From the IMG/VR virus record IMGVR_UViG_2617271049_000014: DNA of 17,875 nucleotides. One strand, given 5' to 3'. The notes below the pieces were generated by a model. It saw only the letters and a program-made list of their open reading frames with translations. It did not search any database and had not been told where the DNA came from. The stretch is from a virus (taxonomy: Duplodnaviria; Heunggongvirae; Uroviricota; Caudoviricetes). This document shows positions 8,932 through 16,417 of the stretch, in pieces (position 1 is the stretch's first letter; every line of letters begins with the position of its first letter). A program made the position numbers and the translations under genes.

Positions 8932-9684
8932 ATGCTGTTTGTGCTTATTCTAAGCCACCGGGCAGCATCATACGGGGCAATTATGGCCGCATTACCATAC
9001 ATGCAACTGTACATAGCTGATTACCTGGCTGACACCATGCATTTGTCAGCAGAGGAGCATGGTGCGTATTTGTTGCTGATGTTCAATTACTGGCAAACAG
9101 GAAAGCCAATACCTAAAAACAGGCTGGCAAAAATTGCCCGTCTGACTAACGAGCGATGGGCTGATGTTGAACCATCCTTGCAGGAGTTTTTTTGCGATAA
9201 CGGCGAGGAATGGGTGCATCTTCGGATTGAGGAAGATCTGGCATCAGTCAGGGAAAAATTAACCAAAAAATCAGCCGCAGGAAAAGCATCTGTTCAGGCC
9301 AGAAGAAGCAGAAAGGAAGCAGATGTTCAAACAAAACAAGAGAGAAATTTAACAGGTGTTCAAACAGATGTTGAAGTGGTGTTTGAACATGATGTCAACA
9401 CAAAGGCAACTAATAAAGATACAGATAAAGATCTAAAAACAGATCCCCCCCTAAATCCCCCCCGGGGGAATCGAGGTGTCAAAAAGTTTGACCCTCTGGA
9501 TATTGCTTTGCCGAACTGGATTTCTGTCTCGCTTTGGCGTGAGTGGGTTGAATTTCGCCAGGCATTGCGAAAACCGATTCGAACGGAGCAGGGCGCTAAC
9601 GGGGCGATACGGGAGCTGGAAAAATTCCGCCAGCAGGGTTTTTCACCTGAGCAGGTGATTCGACACAGCATCGCCAATGAATAA
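8932..9684 (+). CDS. ydaU: YdaU-like replication-region protein (DUF1376-like N-terminus); start ambiguous (ATG 8932 or ATG 8983, MAALPYMQLY...)
   Basis: N-terminal motif YIADYLADTMHLSAEEHGAYLLLMFNYW. The ORF ends at 9684, shorter than the 285 aa I recall for K-12. Contains two C7 homopolymer tracts at 9445-9463. Confidence 0.65.
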   Translation: MLFVLILSHRAASYGAIMAALPYMQLYIADYLADTMHLSAEEHGAYLLLMFNYWQTGKPIPKNRLAKIARLTNERWADVEPSLQEFFCDNGEEWVHLRIEEDLASVREKLTKKSAAGKASVQARRSRKEADVQTKQERNLTGVQTDVEVVFEHDVNTKATNKDTDKDLKTDPPLNPPRGNRGVKKFDPLDIALPNWISVSLWREWVEFRQALRKPIRTEQGANGAIRELEKFRQQGFSPEQVIRHSIANE

Positions 9685-9812
9685 GAGCCTCAACGTGATG
9701 CTATGCCGACCTGCTCCCTGAGAATTCACACAGAAGGCTGCTAGCAATGTCTGCAGATCGCTCAAAGCGGACTAAAATGTTGGCTTGTTTCTGACTTAGA
9801 GCATTTAAGGAA

Positions 9813-10037
9813 GTGCTGGTGGTGACTGGTTGTTGTGTTCCATTTCTACAGAATAAAATCACAGAAACTATACCCAATAGTTGTATTGAATCACTGACGA
9901 GACAGCCTCATATTTATCAGGACTGGTGTGCGTCTAATACAGGGGGTTGTCGTGCTGGTTCTCAAATGTGCGCTGGCTATTGCGGCTGTAATGGCAATTT
10001 ATTGTCTTGCTGTTGTTCTTATGGAGCGGCTTTCTGA
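9813..10037 (+). CDS. Hypothetical Cys-rich small protein (12 Cys in about 72 aa); speculative
   Basis: ORF with GTG starts at 9813 and 9819; AGGAAG at 9806-9811 gives a 7-nt spacer to GTG 9819. Product ...CCVPFLQNK...CIESL...WCASNTGGCRAGSQMCAGYCGCNGNLLSCCCSYGAAF. No recognised family. Confidence 0.2.
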   Translation: MLVVTGCCVPFLQNKITETIPNSCIESLTRQPHIYQDWCASNTGGCRAGSQMCAGYCGCNGNLLSCCCSYGAAF

Positions 10038-10196
10038 TTGATTACATACTGGCTAGAAAAAAGGTGTTACCTTGGTTTATCTTTGTCCGGCAAGGTGCGC
10101 TCATTAATCTTAAGTAAATTTATTGCTCAAGTATTCAGATTACTTCTTATGGTTGAAGTCTCCTGTCAATGTAGAACCAATATATTTACAAAAATG

Positions 10197-10226
10197 AGAC
10201 CCGTCGGGGATAGCCCTGCCGGGTCT
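10197..10226 (-). terminator. Rho-independent terminator for the minus-strand DUF1971-like gene
   Basis: Stem AGACCCG (10197-10203) pairs with CGGGTCT (10220-10226), with an inner GGG/CCC extension. On the minus strand the hairpin is followed by CAUUUUUGUAAAUAU. It lies about 30 nt downstream of the stop at 10256-10258. Confidence 0.5.
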
Positions 10227-10255
10227 GACTGTTAAAGCATTTTTAATATGATCAT

Positions 10256-10594
10256 CTATTTTTTGGTGCTATAGACTTTTTCGCCCGAAAAGTCTGGAGC
10301 GACCCAAAAGTTAATATTAAACTGAGCATCATCGCTTAGTTCAACACGGTGCCAGTATTGTGGTGGGCTTGTTGCAAAAGCGCCAGCATTAATGACTACT
10401 TTTATCTCCGGTTCAGTAGCATTCTCATCAGTAAAACCATAATATGTTACAGTGCCTTCCATTACGCACAACTGCCCAAAAATACCTGCTGCTGTATTAT
10501 GATGTGTTAATAACGCTGAAGGTACGTTCTCTTTTGTGAAGAACGGAGTTGAGCGTTTGATTACCCAATCTTTAGGAATTCTCTTGTGTGTCAT
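10256..10594 (-). CDS. DUF1971 (YeaR / TehB N-terminal domain-like) small protein, 112 aa
   Basis: ATG 10592-10594 preceded by a strong RBS (GGAGGAGGTGGTT-ATG). Motifs RSTPFF...HHNTAAGIFGQLCVMEGTVTYYGF...EP...INAGAFATSPPQYWHRVE...DDAQFNINFWVAP fit the DUF1971 pattern as I recall it. Opposite orientation to the flanking phage genes. Confidence 0.5.
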   Translation of the reverse strand: MTHKRIPKDWVIKRSTPFFTKENVPSALLTHHNTAAGIFGQLCVMEGTVTYYGFTDENATEPEIKVVINAGAFATSPPQYWHRVELSDDAQFNINFWVAPDFSGEKVYSTKK

Positions 10595-11407
10595 AACCAC
10601 CTCCTCCAAAACATGCATTAAAAATGCATCTTTTGGAGGGTTATGTCAAGCTGTTATGAAACACATAATTGATATGTTGATTAGAGGAGAAGATAGAATA
10701 AATATGGTTGTTTTTCGTATAACTATTTGTTTTACTTTTAGTTTATGCATTCTGTGTGTTAGGAATAAGTTATTAAAGTTTAATCAAAAAATCTCGATGT
10801 AGTCCACATAGATTACTGTTACTGAACCTTATTGTGTGTATTAGTTGTGTTCTGAAATTTCAGCTTAATTATTTATGATGTATTTTTTAACGATAAATAT
10901 TTTCCCAGGATACCTTTACTGTGTATATAAATAAATTATATACGCATAAATAATGTAAAGGCGTCCTTTTAGATATATCTTATCAAATGTTAATGACTTG
11001 AGTGGGAAATATGATTCCAGCAACTTATCATGTGGCTACTTTATAAAAATAATGCCCATATAAAACAACAAGCGAAAAGGATTACGGATAAAAAAGGAGC
11101 GAGATGTGCGAACTTGTTATTTTCCATGTTTAACCACCTTAAATAATTGATGATGACGGGATGATTGCATCTGTAATGCTTTTATTGAAATGTTATGATA
11201 AAAAAGAACTTTTGCATAACATTAAAATGTAATTTATCTAATCGTTTTTAATAATAAGTGTCGTATTTCTATCCTTGTACCAGCTATTTGATATGTAGTG
11301 TTTGTTCATGCTATGTGGGGCTTTACACCATAGCCAGTTTATTTATACTTTATTCGTCAGCCTGAACAACTGGCATCTGCTGCGCTGCGCCATCGAGAGA
11401 TTGAGAA

Positions 11408-12007
11408 ATGGCGCATATACAACTGGTCAAACAAACCTCTTCTGGTTTACTTCTCCCGGCGACGCCGGAGAGTTGCGATTTTCTGCATCAAATCAAAATA
11501 GGTGAGTGGATACACGCAGACTTTAAGCGTGTGCGTAACTACGCATTCCACAAGCGTTTTTTCAAACTCCTGCAACTGGGATTCGATTACTGGACTCCGG
11601 TCGGTGGGGCGATCACGCCTCGCGAACGAGAACTGCTGTCTGGTTTCGTTGATTACCTGTGCGAATCAGTTGGTCGGGAACACACGCCAGCCCTGAGTGA
11701 TGCCGCAGAGCAATACCTTAACACCGTTGCGACTCGTAGAACCCGGGATACGGCGTTGCTAAAGTCGTTTGAGGCTTTCCGCGAGTGGGTAACCATTCAG
11801 GCCGGATTTTACACCGAGCATATTTATCCGGACGGTAGCCGTGGGCGTCGGGCAAAATCCATCGCTTTTGCGAATATGGACGAAGTCGAGTTTCAGCAGG
11901 TTTATAAATCTGTACTGAATGTGCTGTGGAACTGGATTCTGTTCCGTAAATTCTCCTCTCAGGAGGAAGTTGAAAATGTGGCCGCACAACTACTGGAGTT
12001 TGCGTAA
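11408..12007 (+). CDS. Phage nin-region protein (DUF1367-like), 199 aa
   Basis: ATG 11408 with GAGAG upstream. Stop overlaps the next start (TAATG). The family call is from position and recollection only. Confidence 0.5.
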   Translation: MAHIQLVKQTSSGLLLPATPESCDFLHQIKIGEWIHADFKRVRNYAFHKRFFKLLQLGFDYWTPVGGAITPRERELLSGFVDYLCESVGREHTPALSDAAEQYLNTVATRRTRDTALLKSFEAFREWVTIQAGFYTEHIYPDGSRGRRAKSIAFANMDEVEFQQVYKSVLNVLWNWILFRKFSSQEEVENVAAQLLEFA

Positions 12008-12297
12008 TGGTGAATTTACGTAAAGCGGCTAAAGGCCAGATGTGCCAGATCAGAATCCCTGGCTACTGCAATCACAATCCCGAAACCTCTGTGCTGGCGC
12101 ATTACAGGCTGGCGGGGACGTGCGGAACAGCGACAAAACCACATGATATGCAGGCGGCGATAGCCTGTAGCTCATGCCACGATCTAATCGACGGGCGGGT
12201 AAAAACCAGCGATTACACCAAAGAAGAATTGCGCCTGATGCATGCTGAAGGGGTTTTTCGCACACAAGAAATCTGGAGAAAGAAAGGTCATTTATGA
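12007..12297 (+). CDS. ybcO: YbcO-like (DUF1364) zinc-binding nin-region nuclease, 96 aa
   Basis: Motif KGQMCQIRIPGYCNHNPETSVLAHYRLAG.CGT.TKP.D...IACSSCHD matches the Cys/His pattern of YbcO as I recall it. Translationally coupled on both sides (TAATG and ATGA overlaps). Confidence 0.7.
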   Translation: MVNLRKAAKGQMCQIRIPGYCNHNPETSVLAHYRLAGTCGTATKPHDMQAAIACSSCHDLIDGRVKTSDYTKEELRLMHAEGVFRTQEIWRKKGHL

Positions 12298-12836
12298 TTT
12301 ACCCAACGAATACAGGAAAAAGCGGAGAACACCTTCGCCTCACCACGCTGGAAAGTGTCTGGATTCAGGGAAAACTACGTATGTGGGGGCGCTGGTCGTA
12401 TATTGGCGGTGGCAGGTCAGGGAATATGTTCAATCAGTTGTTGGCATCCAAAAAACTGACGAAAACAGCCATTAATGAAGCCCTGCGCAGAATGAAAAAA
12501 GCGGGAATAGAGAAAGCTGAGCTGGAAGCGTTTTTGCGAGAGATGATCAACGGCAAGCAAAAGAGCTGGCTGGCGCATTGTACTGATGCAGAGGCGTTAT
12601 GTATTGATCGAGTCATAAGTGAGGTGCTGGCAGAGCATCCAGGATTGATTTGCATTCTCCGGCAACGCTATGAAGGGCGGGGGATGACTAAGCGCAAAAT
12701 GGCTGAATTGCTAAATGATGCACACCCAGAGTGGTGTTTTAGCACATGCGAAAAACGGATTGCTAATTGGTTAGCTGTTGCTGAGTATGCCCTATATATT
12801 CCCATGCGTGAATCATTTGCTGAGAAAATGGCTTGA
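12294..12836 (+). CDS. Putative late-gene antiterminator (Q-like), 180 aa
   Basis: Last gene of the nin-like operon, immediately upstream of a promoter-like region and a strong terminator, and upstream of the lysis cassette. Cys/His pairs (C...H...C..C) are compatible with a zinc-binding Q protein. Assignment is mainly positional. Confidence 0.5.
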   Translation: MIYPTNTGKSGEHLRLTTLESVWIQGKLRMWGRWSYIGGGRSGNMFNQLLASKKLTKTAINEALRRMKKAGIEKAELEAFLREMINGKQKSWLAHCTDAEALCIDRVISEVLAEHPGLICILRQRYEGRGMTKRKMAELLNDAHPEWCFSTCEKRIANWLAVAEYALYIPMRESFAEKMA

Positions 12837-12916
12837 TTTCTTACGTATAAACTGCTTCAATTTTGCTATGCTTCGCAAAGCTGTATCGCGAGGCGGATTG
12901 CAGACATGGACATCGT
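12837..12916 (+). promoter_or_regulatory. Candidate late promoter region (PR'-like, with Q-binding element) between the Q-like gene and the first terminator
   Basis: Positional inference. TATAAA at 12846-12851 and TTGCTA at 12863-12868 are present, but I cannot assign a confident -35/-10 pair. Confidence 0.3.
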
Positions 12917-12943
12917 AAAAAAACCGCTTAATGCGGTTTTTTT
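12917..12943 (+). terminator. Rho-independent terminator (tR'-like), potentially bidirectional
   Basis: AAAAAAACCGC-TTAAT-GCGGTTTTTTT: a GC stem flanked by an A7 run upstream and a T7 run downstream. Confidence 0.6.
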
Positions 12944-13263
12944 ACGTCAGGAAAGCAGGGGAGAATGCTGCTAGTTGGGCAACTGGTCTTTCTGCTCCAA
13001 ATTATAACAGAGACCAGTTATAGTTTCGGTGCTGTGTTTTTTTTACAATATTGTGATAACACATTGCTGGCGGGAGTTTTGATATTTCTTGGCAGGGGCT
13101 GATGATGCGTTATCCTGATGTCGTCAACTCATATAAAATGAGATGAGAGATCATTGCAGGGTGGTTTGTAATTCGCTGTTTAGCGGGACAATATGTTGTC
13201 TGATACAAGACACCCGACGCCTCAGATTACTATAATAAAGACGAAGCATCCTTTGTATTGACC

Positions 13264-13289
13264 AACCGCCTGTTTAGGCGGTTCTTTTT
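13264..13289 (+). terminator. Rho-independent terminator
   Basis: AACCGCC-TGTTTA-GGCGGTT followed by CTTTTT. No large ORF lies upstream (12944-13263). Confidence 0.55.
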
Positions 13290-13821
13290 GGGCTGGTTTA
13301 TTGTATGCCAAATGATTATTAAAAAGGTTGTGTTAATAACAAAATCCGAAATAATATGCCTGCATATTTTTATCTTGCTTATATTCTGCATATTGTGCAT
13401 AGCAGGCTCATCCCTGCAATCAAAACTGTATGATGAGTATTTTTTGTTTTCCTTTTTTCCAGTCATCTGATGATGACCTGCTTCTTTTTAATCCGGATCG
13501 ACATCAGTTTTTTAAGATAATTCCTGCGAGTTATATGCATAAATGCCACAAACTCCGCATTTTATGTGGTTGGGAGTTGCCGGGCGCGCAGTGAGTTTGC
13601 TAAGAAAACTCCTGCATGGTGAATCCCCCTGTGCGGTGGGGTGATACCATTAACCTTTTCTGTCGCCGACAGGTATCACGAACATTTTGTTCACCGGGAG
13701 GCACCCGGCACCATGCACTTCAATAGATTCTCTCCACATTATGGATATTCTTTCAGAATATCCCACGCAGACTTTGTGTAAATGTTAACAAATGTGCGTT
13801 TTATTTGATCTGATTCGCTGT

Positions 13822-13850
13822 TTGAGCGTCCAAAACAACGGTATATATAA
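13822..13850 (+). promoter_or_regulatory. Sigma-70-like promoter for the lipoprotein cassette
   Basis: -35 TTGAGC (13822-13827), 17-nt spacer, consensus -10 TATAAT (13845-13850), about 30 nt upstream of ATG 13881. Confidence 0.4.
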
Positions 13851-13880
13851 TCCTTTACTATATGACATATGTGAGGAAAA

Positions 13881-14309
13881 ATGGGTTTTCGTAGCGCATC
13901 AATTCTTACGTTGATTATTAGTGGGATTATTATCGGGTGCACTGATGCTGTATCGACAAATTATCATGACCGTACATCATATTACTCCGATAAAGCAATA
14001 GAGACACAGTATGTGAGTTCATCTGAACGTACTTCTGATGTTAGTGAGGATATCCGTCTGTATGCCCATCAAATCAAGAGCGCCATCGAAAAACAGTTCG
14101 GGGATGCGAGTAAGTATTCAGGAAAAGAGTGTACACTGAGAATGCATATGGCCCCGAATGGCCTTCTACTGGAGGTTAAAAGAGAAAGTGGAGACCTCGA
14201 TTTATGTCGTGAAGCGATGAATGCGATAAAGAATGCTGATATACCTGCCCCCCCTTCGCCGGAAGTATATAAAGTATTTCAAAATGGGGTGCTGGATTTT
14301 AAACCCTGA
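13881..14309 (+). CDS. Outer-membrane-type lipoprotein with a C-terminal TolA domain III-like domain, 142 aa
   Basis: ATG 13881 with GAGGA RBS. Signal peptide and lipobox IIGC followed by Thr at +2. The C-terminal ~85 aa (YAHQIKSAIEKQFGDASKYSGKECTLRMHMAPNGLLLEVK...DLCREAMNAIKNADIPAPPSPEVYKVFQNGVLDFKP) resembles the TolA C-terminal domain as I recall it, including the terminal LDFKP. Confidence 0.75.
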   Translation: MGFRSASILTLIISGIIIGCTDAVSTNYHDRTSYYSDKAIETQYVSSSERTSDVSEDIRLYAHQIKSAIEKQFGDASKYSGKECTLRMHMAPNGLLLEVKRESGDLDLCREAMNAIKNADIPAPPSPEVYKVFQNGVLDFKP

Positions 14310-14459
14310 TATTTATTGTTTTGTAATAAACGGTTTCGGCTTAGGTTTGTTCTGACACAGCTACGGCACTGAGCTAAATTTAGCGGATAGTCAGCTCTGA
14401 GCCAGTGGCGGACGTAACAACTACTATTGCTGAGATTTTAATGGATTGAGGAGCAAGAA

Positions 14460-14855
14460 GTGGGATTAAAGAAAATCGTTATGTTGACTTTTTGGGTCGG
14501 TTTTGTTGCGGGATGCACACCTTTACACCCTTCAGATTGCCACAAAACTACTGCTACAGGTAGTTGCAGTTCAGGACGCTGGGATGATCAGGATGAATGG
14601 GGGGCGCAAGCGCGGGGAATCAGAGCTGCAATTAATGCCAAACTTGATGAGCCGCATAACTGGAAAGGGAAAAAATGCAGGTTGCATATGGAATTCTCTC
14701 AGGATGGCACGGCGTTAAAAATATCTACCAGTAACGGTGATAAAGCCTATTGCGAAGCGATAAAGTCCGCAGCTCATAAAGCCAAATTTCCGGCCTTCAA
14801 CAATCCGGAAGTCTACAGAGATTTTCAGAAATCTGGCTTTGACATGCGAGGTTAG
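14460..14855 (+). CDS. Second lipoprotein, paralogous to the first in its TolA domain III-like C-terminal domain, 131 aa
   Basis: GTG 14460 with GAGGAG RBS at a 6-nt spacer (alternative ATG at 14481). Signal peptide and lipobox VAGC, Thr at +2. C-terminal region GIRAAINAKL...GKKCRLHMEFSQDGTALKIS...GDKAYCEAIKSAAHKAKFPAFNNPEVYRDF aligns with the first lipoprotein (GKxCxL, DGxxLxI, GDxxxC, NPEVY/SPEVY). Confidence 0.7.
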   Translation: MGLKKIVMLTFWVGFVAGCTPLHPSDCHKTTATGSCSSGRWDDQDEWGAQARGIRAAINAKLDEPHNWKGKKCRLHMEFSQDGTALKISTSNGDKAYCEAIKSAAHKAKFPAFNNPEVYRDFQKSGFDMRG

Positions 14856-14980
14856 CTCTTCAATTACTATATCTCATTCATAGCAAACTGACAGATTTGA
14901 TGATGTTCTATATACGAAACCTGTGATGTCAAGTCTGAGCTAATACAAATAAACATAATATCAGAGAAATACATTTTATT

Positions 14981-15004
14981 AGCTCGCTACGGCGAGCTTT
15001 TTAT
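14981..15004 (+). terminator. Rho-independent terminator closing the lipoprotein cassette
   Basis: AGCTCGC-TACG-GCGAGCT followed by TTTTTA, about 125 nt after the stop of the second lipoprotein and about 100 nt before the holin start. Confidence 0.6.
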
Positions 15005-15106
15005 ATTGCATCGTCTCCAGCATATATATCAATTAAGGCTCTGATTGATGTGTCTGAAAGCCTACACATAATAACTATGCCATCCGTTCCGTGCGGAGGT
15101 GAGGCT

Positions 15107-15322
15107 ATGAAATCCATGGACAAAATTTCAACAGGCATTGCCTACGGCACCTCCGCAGGCAGTGCTGGCTACTGGTTTTTACAGTTGCTCGATAGAGTAA
15201 CTCCGTCACAGTGGGCTGCAATCGGTGTGCTGGGTAGTCTGGTATTTGGCCTGCTGACGTACCTGACAAACCTTTATTTCAAGATTAAAGAAGATAAGCG
15301 CAAGGCTGCGAGAGGTGAATAA
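15107..15322 (+). CDS. essD: Phage 21-type class II holin / pinholin (S21/EssD-like) with dual-start motif, 71 aa (68 aa from Met4)
   Basis: [71 protein letters not shown]: two TMDs and the Met1-Lys2-Ser3-Met4 dual start. RBS GGAGGTGAGG. The track ORF extends to 15050. Stop overlaps the endolysin start (TAATG). Confidence 0.8.
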   Translation: MKSMDKISTGIAYGTSAGSAGYWFLQLLDRVTPSQWAAIGVLGSLVFGLLTYLTNLYFKIKEDKRKAARGE

Positions 15323-15819
15323 TGCCTCCATCATTACGAAAAGTCGTTGCTGCTGCTATTGGTGGCGGAGCAATTGCTATAGCATCAGTGTTAATCACTG
15401 GCCCAAGTGGTAACGATGGTCTGGAAGGTGTCAGCTACATACCATACAAAGATATTGTTGGTGTATGGACTGTATGTCACGGGCATACAGGAAAAGACAT
15501 CATGCTCGGTAAAACGTATACCAAAGCAGAATGCAAAGCACTCTTGAATAAAGACCTTGCCACTGTCGCCAGACAAATTAACCCGTACATCAAAGTCGAT
15601 ATACCGGAAACAACGCGCGGCGCTCTTTACTCATTCGTTTACAACGTGGGTGCTGGCAATTTCAGAACATCGACGCTTCTTCGCAAAATAAACCAGGGCG
15701 ATATCAAAGGCGCATGTGATCAGCTACGTCGCTGGACATATGCTGGCGGTAAGCAATGGAAAGGTCTCATGACTCGTCGTGAGATTGAGCGTGAAATCTG
15801 TTTGTGGGGTCAGCAATGA
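15322..15819 (+). CDS. rrrD: SAR endolysin (phage 21 R-type lysozyme, RrrD-like), 165 aa
   Basis: N-terminal Gly/Ala-rich signal-anchor-release segment ([20 protein letters not shown]) followed by a T4-lysozyme-like domain. Coupled to the holin and to Rz. Confidence 0.85.
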   Translation: MPPSLRKVVAAAIGGGAIAIASVLITGPSGNDGLEGVSYIPYKDIVGVWTVCHGHTGKDIMLGKTYTKAECKALLNKDLATVARQINPYIKVDIPETTRGALYSFVYNVGAGNFRTSTLLRKINQGDIKGACDQLRRWTYAGGKQWKGLMTRREIEREICLWGQQ

Positions 15820-16280
15820 ACAGAGTAACCGCGATTATCTCCGCTCTGGTTATCTGCATCATCGTCTGCCTGTCATGGGCTGTTAATCATTACCGTGATA
15901 ACGCCATTACCTACAAAGCCCAGCGCGACAAAAATGTCAGAGAACTGAAGCTGGCGAACGCGGCAATTACTGACATGCAGATGCGTCAGCGTGATGTTGC
16001 TGCGCTCGATGCAAAATACACGAAGGAGTTAGCTGATGCGAAAGCTGAAAATGATGCTCTGCGTGATGATGTTGCCGCTGGTCGTCGTCGGTTGCACATC
16101 AAAGCAGTCTGTCAGTCAGTGCGTGAAGCCACCACCGCCTCCGGCGTGGATAATGCAGCCTCCCCCCGACTGGCAGACACCGCTGAACGGGATTATTTCA
16201 CCCTCCGGGAACGACTGGTAATGATGCAGGCCCAACTTGAAGGTGCTCAGCAATACATAACCGAGCAGTGTTTAAAGTAA
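15816..16280 (+). CDS. rzpD: Rz-like inner-membrane spanin subunit, 154 aa
   Basis: ATG 15816 overlapping the endolysin stop (ATGA). N-terminal TMD ([20 protein letters not shown]) followed by a coiled-coil periplasmic domain. The track ORF starts at an upstream GTG. Confidence 0.8.
   Translation: MNRVTAIISALVICIIVCLSWAVNHYRDNAITYKAQRDKNVRELKLANAAITDMQMRQRDVAALDAKYTKELADAKAENDALRDDVAAGRRRLHIKAVCQSVREATTASGVDNAASPRLADTAERDYFTLRERLVMMQAQLEGAQQYITEQCLK
16036..16221 (+). CDS. rzoD: Rz1-like outer-membrane lipoprotein spanin subunit embedded in the +1 frame of Rz, 61 aa
   Basis: ATG 16036 with AAGGAG RBS (7-nt spacer). Lipobox VVGC, then a proline-rich mature region ([18 protein letters not shown]). 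Entirely inside the Rz gene, as is typical. Confidence 0.75.
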   Translation: MRKLKMMLCVMMLPLVVVGCTSKQSVSQCVKPPPPPAWIMQPPPDWQTPLNGIISPSGNDW

Positions 16281-16417
16281 AATCTTAACTACAATATGAT
16301 TCATTTTGATGATTGTTTCATAAGGAACAGTGAAGTAAGATCTAAGAGGAGTTAAATTTTATACAGTATAATCATAATATTGCAGCAAGGTGGTTATAAT
16401 TGAAAGAATATTTAGAT

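Noticed and set aside
10536-10802. 88-aa plus ORF and small hydrophobic peptides in the AT-rich region (for example a 32-aa MVVFRITICFTFSLCILCV... frame and a 9-aa ORF after AAGGAG at 11093)
   Set aside because: No convincing RBS spacing for the longer frames. AT-rich DNA produces such ORFs by chance. They cannot be supported as type I toxins or leader peptides without expression data.
13230-13942. ORFs of 67-78 aa on both strands between the second terminator and the lipoprotein promoter
   Set aside because: Mutually overlapping, AT-rich, low-complexity translations without RBSs; more likely non-coding regulatory DNA.
12837-15050. Possible tRNA genes or a toxin operon at the Q-S cargo position, as found in Stx phages
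   Set aside because: Reading this interval, I found no cloverleaf-compatible tRNA sequence and no AB5-toxin-like ORFs. The cargo here is the lipoprotein pair.
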